A stretch of 24,000 nucleotides of DNA from Promethearchaeota archaeon. GTDB lineage: Archaea; Asgardarchaeota; Lokiarchaeia; Sigyniarchaeales; SOKP01. The notes under the pieces were generated by a model. It ran no database searches and was not told the origin of the DNA. It was given only the letters and a program-made list of their open reading frames with translations. This document shows, piece after piece, positions 1-7,134 of this stretch. The DNA lies in contig JBHLNZ010000021.1 of NCBI GenBank assembly GCA_048941015.1, positions 8,263-32,262 on the forward strand. The letters are read 5' to 3'. The translations under genes were made by a program, and so were the position numbers. Position 1 is the first letter of the stretch; the number at the start of each line of letters is the position of its first letter.

Positions 1-561
1 CCAAATATTTCGTTAATTGTTATGATCCTTGATACGTTTTACTTTTCCGAATTTTTAACAATAGAAAAAAGTTATGGATTAAATGCTACTGTCTTTGATT
101 TTTACTTTGAAGTTTTTATTGTTGCAAATAGTAGCGAAAATTCTGGTGAGATAGATCTTTCTTATAATGATCATTGGTATGCCGTCTTTATCAATATCGA
201 TGATAATATGAATACATCTCAAGTAGAATTTAGAGTAAATTTTGATGTGTATGAGGAAAAATATGTTTACGTGAATCCTATATCAATCATTTACTTGATT
301 TATGGAGTGGGTGTTTCATTAGTTATCATAGCTTTGGTTATTAGGGCTATTAGAAAGAGAAAAATATTAAACAAACCTATTCCAGTTGTTCCGTATCCTT
401 ACATGACTAAAGAGGAGACTATTCCAAAAAATTCTTATCTTAAACAAATAGAATTACAGAAAGTAGAGAGTGAACTGCCATTAGCTAAGTATTGTCCATA
501 TTGTGGAGAATATCTTGATCGAGACTCTATTTTCTGCCATCAATGTGGAAATAAAGTATAA
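1..561 (+). CDS. Membrane protein with C-terminal zinc-ribbon (5' partial, open at the window edge)
   Basis: The frame is open from nt 1 (PNISLIV precedes the listed M at 22). There is one strong TM helix (ISIIYLIYGVGVSLVIIALVI) followed by basic RAIRKRK. The C-terminus has CPYCG-x12-CHQCG, a 4-Cys zinc ribbon. The N-terminal part carries N-x-S/T sequons, consistent with an extracellular domain. Confidence 0.5.
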   Translation, partial: PNISLIVMILDTFYFSEFLTIEKSYGLNATVFDFYFEVFIVANSSENSGEIDLSYNDHWYAVFINIDDNMNTSQVEFRVNFDVYEEKYVYVNPISIIYLIYGVGVSLVIIALVIRAIRKRKILNKPIPVVPYPYMTKEETIPKNSYLKQIELQKVESELPLAKYCPYCGEYLDRDSIFCHQCGNKV

Positions 562-620
562 TAATTATTATTAAAATTAAAAAGAAAAAGTTCAAAAAGA
601 AAGAAGAAAAGTGAGAGAAA

Positions 621-836
621 GTGGATTTAGACATTGATTATGAGAGAAATGGGGCGGAATTCGACGTAGATGCAGATATCGACGTTGATCTCGATGCAGG
701 GGTAGATGTAGATGATAAGTTTGATATGAGTCTAGAAGCTGAAATTGAAATAGATGTCGATACAGATATAAATATCGATTCTAAAGTCGGGAAGGATTCG
801 CAAGAAATTGTTATTGCCACTACCCCTGCAACTTAA
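621..836 (+). CDS. Small, highly acidic Asp-rich protein (71 aa, GTG start), hypothetical
   Basis: The ORF begins at GTG 621, right after an in-frame TGA at 612. It has an alternating Asp-hydrophobic pattern (DVDADIDVDLDAGVDVDD ... EIEIDVDTDINID). It lies on the same strand as, and 50 nt upstream of, the NfeD-like gene. The antisense ORF 638-820 is the Ser/Thr/Ile mirror image of this repeat. Confidence 0.4.
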   Translation: MDLDIDYERNGAEFDVDADIDVDLDAGVDVDDKFDMSLEAEIEIDVDTDINIDSKVGKDSQEIVIATTPAT

Positions 837-886
837 TCTAAATTTAGAAAATATCAAAATATAATTATAAAAAATGAGGAAAATGT

Positions 887-1762
887 ATGGATATATATGA
901 TATATTTTTTAGTATATGTTTAGGATTATTTATAGGCGGAATTATTATGTCGATTATTTCGCTTATTCTTAGTGAAATGTCAACTCATGATCTTCAAGAT
1001 GCAGATCATATTGATCATTTTGACCATATCGATCACGTTGATCATATAGACCAGTTCGACCATATTGACCATGTGGATCATATAGACCAGTTCGACCATA
1101 TAGACCATGTAGATCATATTGACCATGTGGATCATATAGACCAGTTCGACCATATAGACCATGTAGATCACATTGACCATATGGATCACATAGACCAGTT
1201 TGATCATGTAGATCATGTAGACCACATTAACCATGTGGATCATTTTGATCATACTGATAATATCGATAATTTGGATAATTCTGACTATTCGGATCATTTA
1301 GATCATTATAGTGATACTACTCCTGCACCTTTTATGTTATTATTATCGTCATTTTTACTAATTTTTGGGATAACTGGCATTATTTTGTATTATTCAGTTT
1401 TTGGTGTAGCTAAATTTATTATTATTTTTGCAACTCCAATAATATCTTACGGTAGTACTAAATTAATATCTTATGTATGGAGAAAAATAGCAAAATCCAA
1501 ATATTACAATATCTCTGCAACATTGAATTTAATTGGGCGTGATGCGGAGGTTGTTTTAAAGGTAGATGAGATAGGAGGAGTAATAAAGATTCGCTCTGAA
1601 ACTCCAATGAAGTTCGAAAAATTGCATGCAAAACCCCTTAAAGAATCAAGTTCTTTTGAGAAGGGAACTAAAGTTTATATTTGTGATATTAAAGATGGTT
1701 ATTTATTAGTTGATAGTGATCAAAAACTAATTAAACATAGGACGATATATCGCAACAGATAA
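887..1762 (+). CDS. NfeD-like membrane protein with an inserted His/Asp tripeptide-repeat loop
   Basis: GAGGA lies 6 nt upstream of the ATG. The protein has an N-terminal TM helix, a repeat loop at aa 34-143, and two or more TM helices at aa 148-200. The C-terminal soluble segment (LIGRDAEVVLKVDEIGGVIKI...FEKGTKVYICDIKDGYLLV) matches the NfeD C-terminal OB-fold pattern. It sits directly upstream of an SPFH/flotillin gene, the classic NfeD-SPFH operon arrangement. Confidence 0.65.
   Translation: MDIYDIFFSICLGLFIGGIIMSIISLILSEMSTHDLQDADHIDHFDHIDHVDHIDQFDHIDHVDHIDQFDHIDHVDHIDHVDHIDQFDHIDHVDHIDHMDHIDQFDHVDHVDHINHVDHFDHTDNIDNLDNSDYSDHLDHYSDTTPAPFMLLLSSFLLIFGITGIILYYSVFGVAKFIIIFATPIISYGSTKLISYVWRKIAKSKYYNISATLNLIGRDAEVVLKVDEIGGVIKIRSETPMKFEKLHAKPLKESSSFEKGTKVYICDIKDGYLLVDSDQKLIKHRTIYRNR
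986..1315 (+). repeat. In-frame 9-bp (tripeptide) tandem repeat with 36/54-bp higher-order units
   Basis: Asp (once Asn) falls at every third residue from D40 to D139, giving 34 positions (HID/HVD/QFD/HFD/HMD...). The motif gatcatatagaccagttcgaccat recurs at 1040, 1076 and 1130, with a variant at 1184. The 54-bp units 1076-1129 and 1130-1183 differ at only 2 positions. Confidence 0.85.
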
Positions 1763-1868
1763 AAATCAAATTATTTTAAACAATCAGTTAAAAATGAAAG
1801 TTCAAAATCTAAAATAAAATGAATAGAGAATAAAAAAAAAATTAAAAAAAGGAGGTATTGAAAAGCAG

Positions 1869-3044
1869 ATGTTATTTCAACAGGTATATGGCTGGTTGGT
1901 AGGCGGAATTATAGCTGGAGTAATCGTATTTTTCTTATTTGTAATTTTTTTAGCTACAAGATATCGAAAATTTAAAACGAATCAATTTGTTATCCATTTA
2001 CGTAATGGTAAGGTAAAAAGTGCTGGACTTGGTGGCAGTATTTGGTTATTGCCATTAATAGATGAATATATTGTAATTCCTACTACAAGTATTCAAACAA
2101 TTTTAGAAGCCCACGAGCAAGTAGTTTCGATGGAATACCAAAATATTTCAATCGTCGGTATGTTGATTTGGAAAGTAATAGATCCTGAGAAAGCTTTTAG
2201 TGCAGTTTCCTGGGTAAATCGAGATGAACATTTCGTTGAAAAAATACTAAAGAATGCAGCAGAAGCAATTATAAGAACAACATGTGCAAATATGCCACTT
2301 GAAAAGATTATTAGAGAACGTCGAGAGATAATTGAACATGTAAGTAAAGAATTGCATGAACTTACTGCTGATTGGGGCTTAATAATTGAATCCATAGAAA
2401 TCCGAGAAGTAAATATATTAGAACCCGATCTGAAAAGGAATATGGAAGCTACTAAACAGGCAATAGAATTTCGAAAGGCCCGTATAGCTAAAGCTGAAGC
2501 AGAAAGGGAATCAAGAATGAGAGAATTAGAAGTTCAAAATGAAGTTGGGACACAGGAACAACTAGTACAAAGAGATATTGAAATACGCAGAAAAGAAAAA
2601 GAAATTGCGATAGCAGATCAAGAGCGAGAACGTAAAAAAATTGAGGCAGACGGAGACCGTCAGAAAAAAGTCATTGAAGCAGAAGCCGATGCAGCTTCTA
2701 TTAAGAAGAAATTAATAGCACAAGCTGAAGGTGAAGCTGAGACTATAAAACAGCAGATGTTAGCGCAAGCTGAGGGTTTTCAAAAACAAGTAGAAGCGAT
2801 GTCATCAGCGGATCAGAGATTTTTAGCTGTTCAGTTGACTAATATCTTACCCGAAATATTTAAAAATATTAATCCAGAGAAGATGTTTATTATGGGAACC
2901 GGCGATGAAGCTTTTAGTGCTTTATCAAGAGCAATACTCCCATTCTTACAGCTTGTGCCAGAGTATTCCGATAAAATAAAAAGATTTCTAGGAACTAGCG
3001 ATTTAACTAATATCAAAGAATTAGTAAGTAATATTTCAAAATAA
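1869..3044 (+). CDS. Flotillin-like SPFH/Band-7 domain protein
   Basis: GGAGGT lies 12 nt upstream of the ATG. The protein has an N-terminal TM anchor, then an SPFH core (IIESIEIREVNI...), then a long Ala/Glu-rich coiled coil (AKAEAERE..., IEAEADAASIKKKLIAQAEGEAETIKQQMLAQAEGF) typical of flotillins. Confidence 0.85.
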   Translation: MLFQQVYGWLVGGIIAGVIVFFLFVIFLATRYRKFKTNQFVIHLRNGKVKSAGLGGSIWLLPLIDEYIVIPTTSIQTILEAHEQVVSMEYQNISIVGMLIWKVIDPEKAFSAVSWVNRDEHFVEKILKNAAEAIIRTTCANMPLEKIIRERREIIEHVSKELHELTADWGLIIESIEIREVNILEPDLKRNMEATKQAIEFRKARIAKAEAERESRMRELEVQNEVGTQEQLVQRDIEIRRKEKEIAIADQERERKKIEADGDRQKKVIEAEADAASIKKKLIAQAEGEAETIKQQMLAQAEGFQKQVEAMSSADQRFLAVQLTNILPEIFKNINPEKMFIMGTGDEAFSALSRAILPFLQLVPEYSDKIKRFLGTSDLTNIKELVSNISK

Positions 3045-3050
3045 TCAATA

Positions 3051-3060
3051 TTTTTTTTTT
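3051..3060 (+). terminator. Oligo-T tract (T10), candidate archaeal terminator after the flotillin gene
   Basis: Ten consecutive T start 7 nt after the stop codon. Archaeal RNA polymerase terminates at oligo-T. The genome is AT-rich, so specificity is low. Confidence 0.35.
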
Positions 3061-3114
3061 AAATTTATTTATTAAAAAGTTCTTTTTTATTAACAAGAAC
3101 AAAGAAAAAGGTGA

Positions 3115-4056
3115 ATGAACTTGGTTGAAAAATTTGAAGAGTTATTAATTAAAGGGAATATGGAATTTCAATGGAAGATAAAGCAAGAAACAGAAGATAT
3201 GAAATTAATTTCAAAAAAAATTCCAAAATATCCGGTGTTAATACTAACTTGTATGGACCCTCGAATTGATGTTCATCGCATCTTTCAGTTAAAGCCAGGT
3301 GATGTTTTTGTGTTGAGAAATGCAGGAAATGGCTTCACAGACGACGTGTTAAGATCTATTTTAATTGCAATTCATGAATATAATGTTAGGAATATCATTA
3401 TTTTAGGACATATTGATTGTGGAATGACTAAAATAAATCTAATTCAATTAGGCCAGAAATTATCAAAACCAGCCTTAGCAAGAATTCTTCGTGATGGTAC
3501 AAATATTCAAATTGAGTTGCAGAAGTATTTTAAAACTTTTATCGATGAGATACAGAATATAAAAATTCAGGTTGAAAGAATAAGAAAAGCGCCTGAAATT
3601 CCTTCAGGTATATTGGTAACTGGAATGCTATATGATGTGAATTCACATTGGGTATTTGAATATGAGAAATTTAGTAAATATACTTTGATTGAGAATTTTA
3701 TGCGAAACTATAAAGAATTTGTAGAAGCAAAGAAGTATGATTTTATTGATTATATTGAGTCGATTGAAGGGGAAATTGTTGGAAAGAAAGAACTTCAGAA
3801 TTATAAAGATAGAATGCCTGAAAGTATAGAAATTGAAAAGGACCAAATTAAGAATGAATTAATTAATAAAGCATCAGAGACAATTGAAATATCAGAAATA
3901 TTGCCTGAGGAACAAAAATCCTTTAAAGAATTTGATGAATTAGTTGAAATAGTTCAAAAGCAACTTACTTCTATTCCAAAAATCCAAATTCCAAAAATAA
4001 TTATCCCTAAAGTTAAAGTCTATATACCAGAAATTTATAAGAAAAAAGAAGATTAA
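3115..4056 (+). CDS. Beta-class carbonic anhydrase with a ~125-aa low-complexity C-terminal extension
   Basis: The zinc-ligand motifs of beta-CA are present: C-M-D-P-R (CxDxR), GDVFVLRNAGN, and GHIDCGM (HxxC). After about aa 190 the sequence becomes Glu/Lys/Ile-rich and ends in PKIQIPKIIIPKVKVYIPEIYKKKED. Confidence 0.75.
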   Translation: MNLVEKFEELLIKGNMEFQWKIKQETEDMKLISKKIPKYPVLILTCMDPRIDVHRIFQLKPGDVFVLRNAGNGFTDDVLRSILIAIHEYNVRNIIILGHIDCGMTKINLIQLGQKLSKPALARILRDGTNIQIELQKYFKTFIDEIQNIKIQVERIRKAPEIPSGILVTGMLYDVNSHWVFEYEKFSKYTLIENFMRNYKEFVEAKKYDFIDYIESIEGEIVGKKELQNYKDRMPESIEIEKDQIKNELINKASETIEISEILPEEQKSFKEFDELVEIVQKQLTSIPKIQIPKIIIPKVKVYIPEIYKKKED

Positions 4057-4215
4057 AGAATTAAACCGATATGGTTAAGGTTATCAAGTTATAATACTTT
4101 TTCTATAGAAGTAATTTCAGTAGAAAGCAACAAGATTTCTCGAATTTTAGAATTCTTTAATTAAATATTATAATTATTATTTTATATTTCTAAATTAAAA
4201 ATTAAATGAAATGCA

Positions 4216-4884
4216 TTGATTCAATATATATTTTTAACGCTGTTTTTCTTATTTGGAATTATAGAAATCTATGGTGAAGTTAAAAACATCTTTAAAATTA
4301 CAATCTCACTTAGATGTGTAATGATGCCTTTACTTATTCTCTTTTATTTTTTTGCAGTACCATTTAATATCGACTGGTTCATTGTTATCGCTTTACTTTT
4401 TGGTCTTGGAGGGGATATTTTTTTAGGACTTAGAAATAAGGAAAAGTGGTTTATATTTGGGATGGTATCGTTTCTTTTTAATCAGGTATTTTATATTATC
4501 TCCTTTTTCTTATCTATAACCGATATTACAGATTTTCCACTAGAAGGCTTGTTTCTAATTATACCTGTAATGCTGATATTGTTCATCAATTTACCTAAGT
4601 TTATAAATAAGACAGCAGAAATGAAAATTCCTGTATTGGTATATATGGCGACAATTTTATTGATGCACATAGCAGCTTTATTAAGATTAGCAGATTATTC
4701 AGGGCTATCTTTTATTTTAATATATTTAGGGTCATTATTTTTTATTTTATCTGATTCTTTTGTCGCAATGGAAACATTCGGTGAGAAGTTTCCAAGAATT
4801 GAGGTTGTAAGTATGTCAACATACTTCTTAGCACAATTTTATATAACACTGGGTGCAGTGATGACAAGTTTGTTGATACTTTAA
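4216..4884 (+). CDS. YhhN-family (lysoplasmalogenase-like) polytopic membrane protein
   Basis: TTG start. About 7-8 hydrophobic helices. It contains LLFGLGGDIFL and the FFILSD motif characteristic of the YhhN/TMEM86 family. Confidence 0.65.
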   Translation: MIQYIFLTLFFLFGIIEIYGEVKNIFKITISLRCVMMPLLILFYFFAVPFNIDWFIVIALLFGLGGDIFLGLRNKEKWFIFGMVSFLFNQVFYIISFFLSITDITDFPLEGLFLIIPVMLILFINLPKFINKTAEMKIPVLVYMATILLMHIAALLRLADYSGLSFILIYLGSLFFILSDSFVAMETFGEKFPRIEVVSMSTYFLAQFYITLGAVMTSLLIL

Positions 4885-4991
4885 TTTAAATAAAACACAT
4901 TTTTTTTTAATTTTAAAATAAAATTTTTCAATAACTAAAAATTTCAAAAGTTATAAGTGATTTTTATTAATAATTAAATTAATTAAAACCC

Positions 4992-5064
4992 GCCTCTGTT
5001 GCTTAGCAGGTAGAGCGTTGCCTTGGTAAGGCAAAGGTCGGGGGTTCAAATCCCCCCAGGGGCT
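4992..5064 (+). tRNA. tRNA-Thr(GGU): tRNA-Thr (anticodon GGU), intron-less, no encoded CCA
   Basis: Hand-folded cloverleaf. Acceptor GCCTCTG/CAGGGGC, D arm GCTT-AGCAGGTA-GAGC, anticodon arm TTGCC-TTGGTAA-GGCAA, variable AGGTC, T arm GGGGG-TTCAAAT-CCCCC, discriminator T. Confidence 0.9.
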
Positions 5065-5089
5065 AAAAATTAAGTATGTGTAAAATGGA

Positions 5090-5222
5090 GCCGGTGTGGC
5101 TTAGTTGGTTATAAAGTCTATTTGAAATTAGACTTAATAGGCACCAGACTCATAATCCATCTGAAAAATTGGGTCAGAAAGATGAACTCTGGAGGTCGTG
5201 GGCTCATATCCCACCACCGGCA
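5090..5222 (+). tRNA. tRNA-Met/Ile2(CAU): tRNA with CAU anticodon (elongator Met or Ile2) interrupted by two introns
   Basis: Acceptor GCCGGTG/CACCGGC. The D stem GCTT...AAG|C is split by a ~25-nt insert (about 5117-5141) containing the hairpin GTCTA-N8-TAGAC. The anticodon arm CCAGA-CTCATAA-TCTGG is split by a ~32-nt insert (about 5156-5187) at or next to the canonical 37/38 site. T arm GTGGG-CTCATAT-CCCAC, discriminator A. Removing 57 nt gives a 76-nt cloverleaf. A G1-C72 pair and no GGG/CCC in the anticodon stem argue against an initiator. Confidence 0.65.
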
Positions 5223-5326
5223 TTATTCCTTTAAATTTTTTTTAATATTATTGTAAACTTTTAAATAGGATGCTCACACTAATTGATTTACTTCAAATCC
5301 AATTTTTAAAAAAAAAATAGAGGTAA

Positions 5327-5656
5327 TTGATTATGGTAATATTAATTTCAACTACTAAATTTCCTCTTTCTAAAGCAAAAGCGGTAGCAGAAAGATATAT
5401 TGAGGTTTCAAAAAAGTATCCTCCTGATAAGTCCTTAGAGAAGCATATTCTCCGTATGGCTGCAAGGATTAGAGGAGATGAAGTTGAGTCTATCACTGTT
5501 TCAGAAGTGAAGGAGGGTAAATTAGCAGAAGTATTAAAAAGAGGAATAGAACAACAACTATTATACTCTGATATTGAGGGAATGAAATTTAAAGTAGACA
5601 CTTACTTCTCAGGGACAGAAGCTTTAGCAATGGTGGGCCTTAAAATGCCTGAATAA
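5327..5656 (+). CDS. Hypothetical small soluble protein (109 aa; more likely starts at ATG 5333)
   Basis: GAGGT at 5320-5324 precedes ATG 5333. The composition is balanced and charged, unlike the overlapping antisense ORF 5293-5601. No motif was recognised. Confidence 0.45.
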   Translation: MIMVILISTTKFPLSKAKAVAERYIEVSKKYPPDKSLEKHILRMAARIRGDEVESITVSEVKEGKLAEVLKRGIEQQLLYSDIEGMKFKVDTYFSGTEALAMVGLKMPE

Positions 5657-5733
5657 TATTTTAATTTTAATAACTATTTTTTTTCCTATAAATCTAATTT
5701 AAGAGAATTAAATTTCTGTTAAGAGCATTTTTA

Positions 5734-6732
5734 TCAAAAATTGAAGTTACCATTTCTAATCAAGGTTTTTTGTGAACCATCTTTATAAGTAACTTTCATT
5801 GTTGGTTTATAAAATAAGAAATCCCTATGAGTACGAGATTTATTTTGTCCCCCGTCCATTTCTTCATTATTACCGAAGGCGATATGAGCCGTTTGAAGAG
5901 CTTTTTCATCCTCAAGCAAAATCCCACGTATTTTAGCACCCGGGTTAAGTCCAATCCCTAGTTCTCCAATTATTTTTGCTTCTTCATCCAAATTAATTAG
6001 TTTTTCAACAATTCTAACCAATTCTTTATTATCACTTTCAAGATCTATAATTTTTCCATTTTTTACTTGAATTTTTAGAGGTTTCTTAATTTTACCTAAA
6101 TCACCTATAGAACCATCACAAACAATAATACCATCACCTTTTGATTCAATAGGTCCACACCATATTTCTCCACAAGGTAAATTAGCAAAGTATGGTAATT
6201 TAGTAATTTTAGTATCGGTAGAAAAAGCTCGATCTTCTATACATAAAACGATGTCAGTTCCTCCTGGTGCTAAAATGTGTACATTTTTAGCATTTTCAAA
6301 ATTTTTAATTAACCTATGTCCTGTGTCTACCATCATTTCATAATCAACATCCATAGGGCCATCTATCATCATTGATTTAGTAATCCCTGCTCCATGTCCT
6401 AATCGAATTTTATTAGTAGCAAGAACTTTTTTTCCCCATTTGAGTCGAAATGGAGTTTCATCACTTAATCCTTTAAAAACATTAATAACAATTGTTTTTC
6501 CTAATAGTAACTCATCCATTTCTTTAGGTATTTCTGATAAAGGTCGCTTATTTTCGGGTAAGAGATATAACTGTGCTGGACAGCCAAATTCAGTTGCTGC
6601 ACTATAAAAAGCATCTCCAACATTTTTAGTTGATTGATCAGACACAACTAAAACCGCATCTTGTTCATTCAAGTTCAATACATGAATCATAGCATTCAGA
6701 GCGGAAGTTATCATTTTTAGGATTTCACTCAT
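5734..6732 (-). CDS. Aminopeptidase, M29 (AmpS/PepS-like, COG2309) family
   Basis: The length (332 aa) and the C-terminal pattern GELGIGLNPGA...LEDEKALQTAHIAFGNN resemble the thermophilic metallo-aminopeptidase family. The assignment rests on remembered motifs only. Confidence 0.65.
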   Translation of the reverse strand: MSEILKMITSALNAMIHVLNLNEQDAVLVVSDQSTKNVGDAFYSAATEFGCPAQLYLLPENKRPLSEIPKEMDELLLGKTIVINVFKGLSDETPFRLKWGKKVLATNKIRLGHGAGITKSMMIDGPMDVDYEMMVDTGHRLIKNFENAKNVHILAPGGTDIVLCIEDRAFSTDTKITKLPYFANLPCGEIWCGPIESKGDGIIVCDGSIGDLGKIKKPLKIQVKNGKIIDLESDNKELVRIVEKLINLDEEAKIIGELGIGLNPGAKIRGILLEDEKALQTAHIAFGNNEEMDGGQNKSRTHRDFLFYKPTMKVTYKDGSQKTLIRNGNFNF

Positions 6733-6837
6733 TATAATGTTATCACTTTAACAATAATAGATTAAATGAAAATATATTTCACTATTGGATGAAATTAGAG
6801 ATTATACTTAATTCTTTCTAGAACCACGGAATAATCT

Positions 6838-7134
6838 TTATATACTCATATCTTCTTTTTTACGTTTCCAATGAACTCGATTCATAATTGGTATATTAAG
6901 TTTGATAGCTCCCTGCTTTGGACATTCAGCAACACAGCAACCACAATACCAACATTCTCCAGGATAAAGTACGATAGGAGGTTCGCTTTTTTCGGGATTT
7001 GGAATAAAAACATCTACTTGGCATATATCTATGCACTTATTACATCCAATACATATATCCGGATTGAATGCTATTGGATTCGTAATTCTTGATTCCAGAA
7101 TAGCATATATCTTTTTATTATGCATCAGTATCAC
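6838..7134 (-). CDS. 2x[4Fe-4S] ferredoxin-domain protein (electron-transfer subunit of the upstream flavoprotein)
   Basis: Two Cys clusters are present: CIGCNKCIDIC and CWYCGCCVAECP. Its start overlaps the stop of the flavoprotein gene by 4 nt (ATGA, 7131-7134), implying translational coupling. Confidence 0.85.
   Translation of the reverse strand: MILMHNKKIYAILESRITNPIAFNPDICIGCNKCIDICQVDVFIPNPEKSEPPIVLYPGECWYCGCCVAECPKQGAIKLNIPIMNRVHWKRKKEDMSI

Noticed and set aside
638-1297. Antisense ORFs 638-820 (-) and 980-1297 (-) opposite the Asp-rich and His/Asp-repeat genes
   Set aside because: They are mirror images of in-frame repeats on the plus strand (Ser/Thr/Ile-rich and Met/Ile/Val/Tyr-rich nonsense). 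The plus-strand genes have SD-like sites, TM helices and a recognisable NfeD C-terminal domain in operon context.
986-1315. Possible CRISPR-like or satellite array in the 9/36/54-bp periodic region
   Set aside because: There are no unique spacers. The periodicity is a multiple of 3 and stays in frame inside a longer ORF, so it is a coding tandem repeat.
4057-4215. Possible small ncRNA (for example a C/D-box sRNA) in the 159-nt spacer before the YhhN gene and in other long spacers (12644-12860, 16099-16248)
   Set aside because: I could find no C (RUGAUGA) / D (CUGA) box pairs and no convincing stable helices. The sequences are AT-rich and promoter-like. A covariance-model scan would be needed to call anything.
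4992-5700. tRNA-linked integrated mobile element downstream of the tRNA pair
   Set aside because: There is no integrase or recombinase gene and I found no duplicated tRNA 3'-end (att) sequence. The only 8-nt match (cccaccgg near 14830) lies inside a CDS and is not significant.
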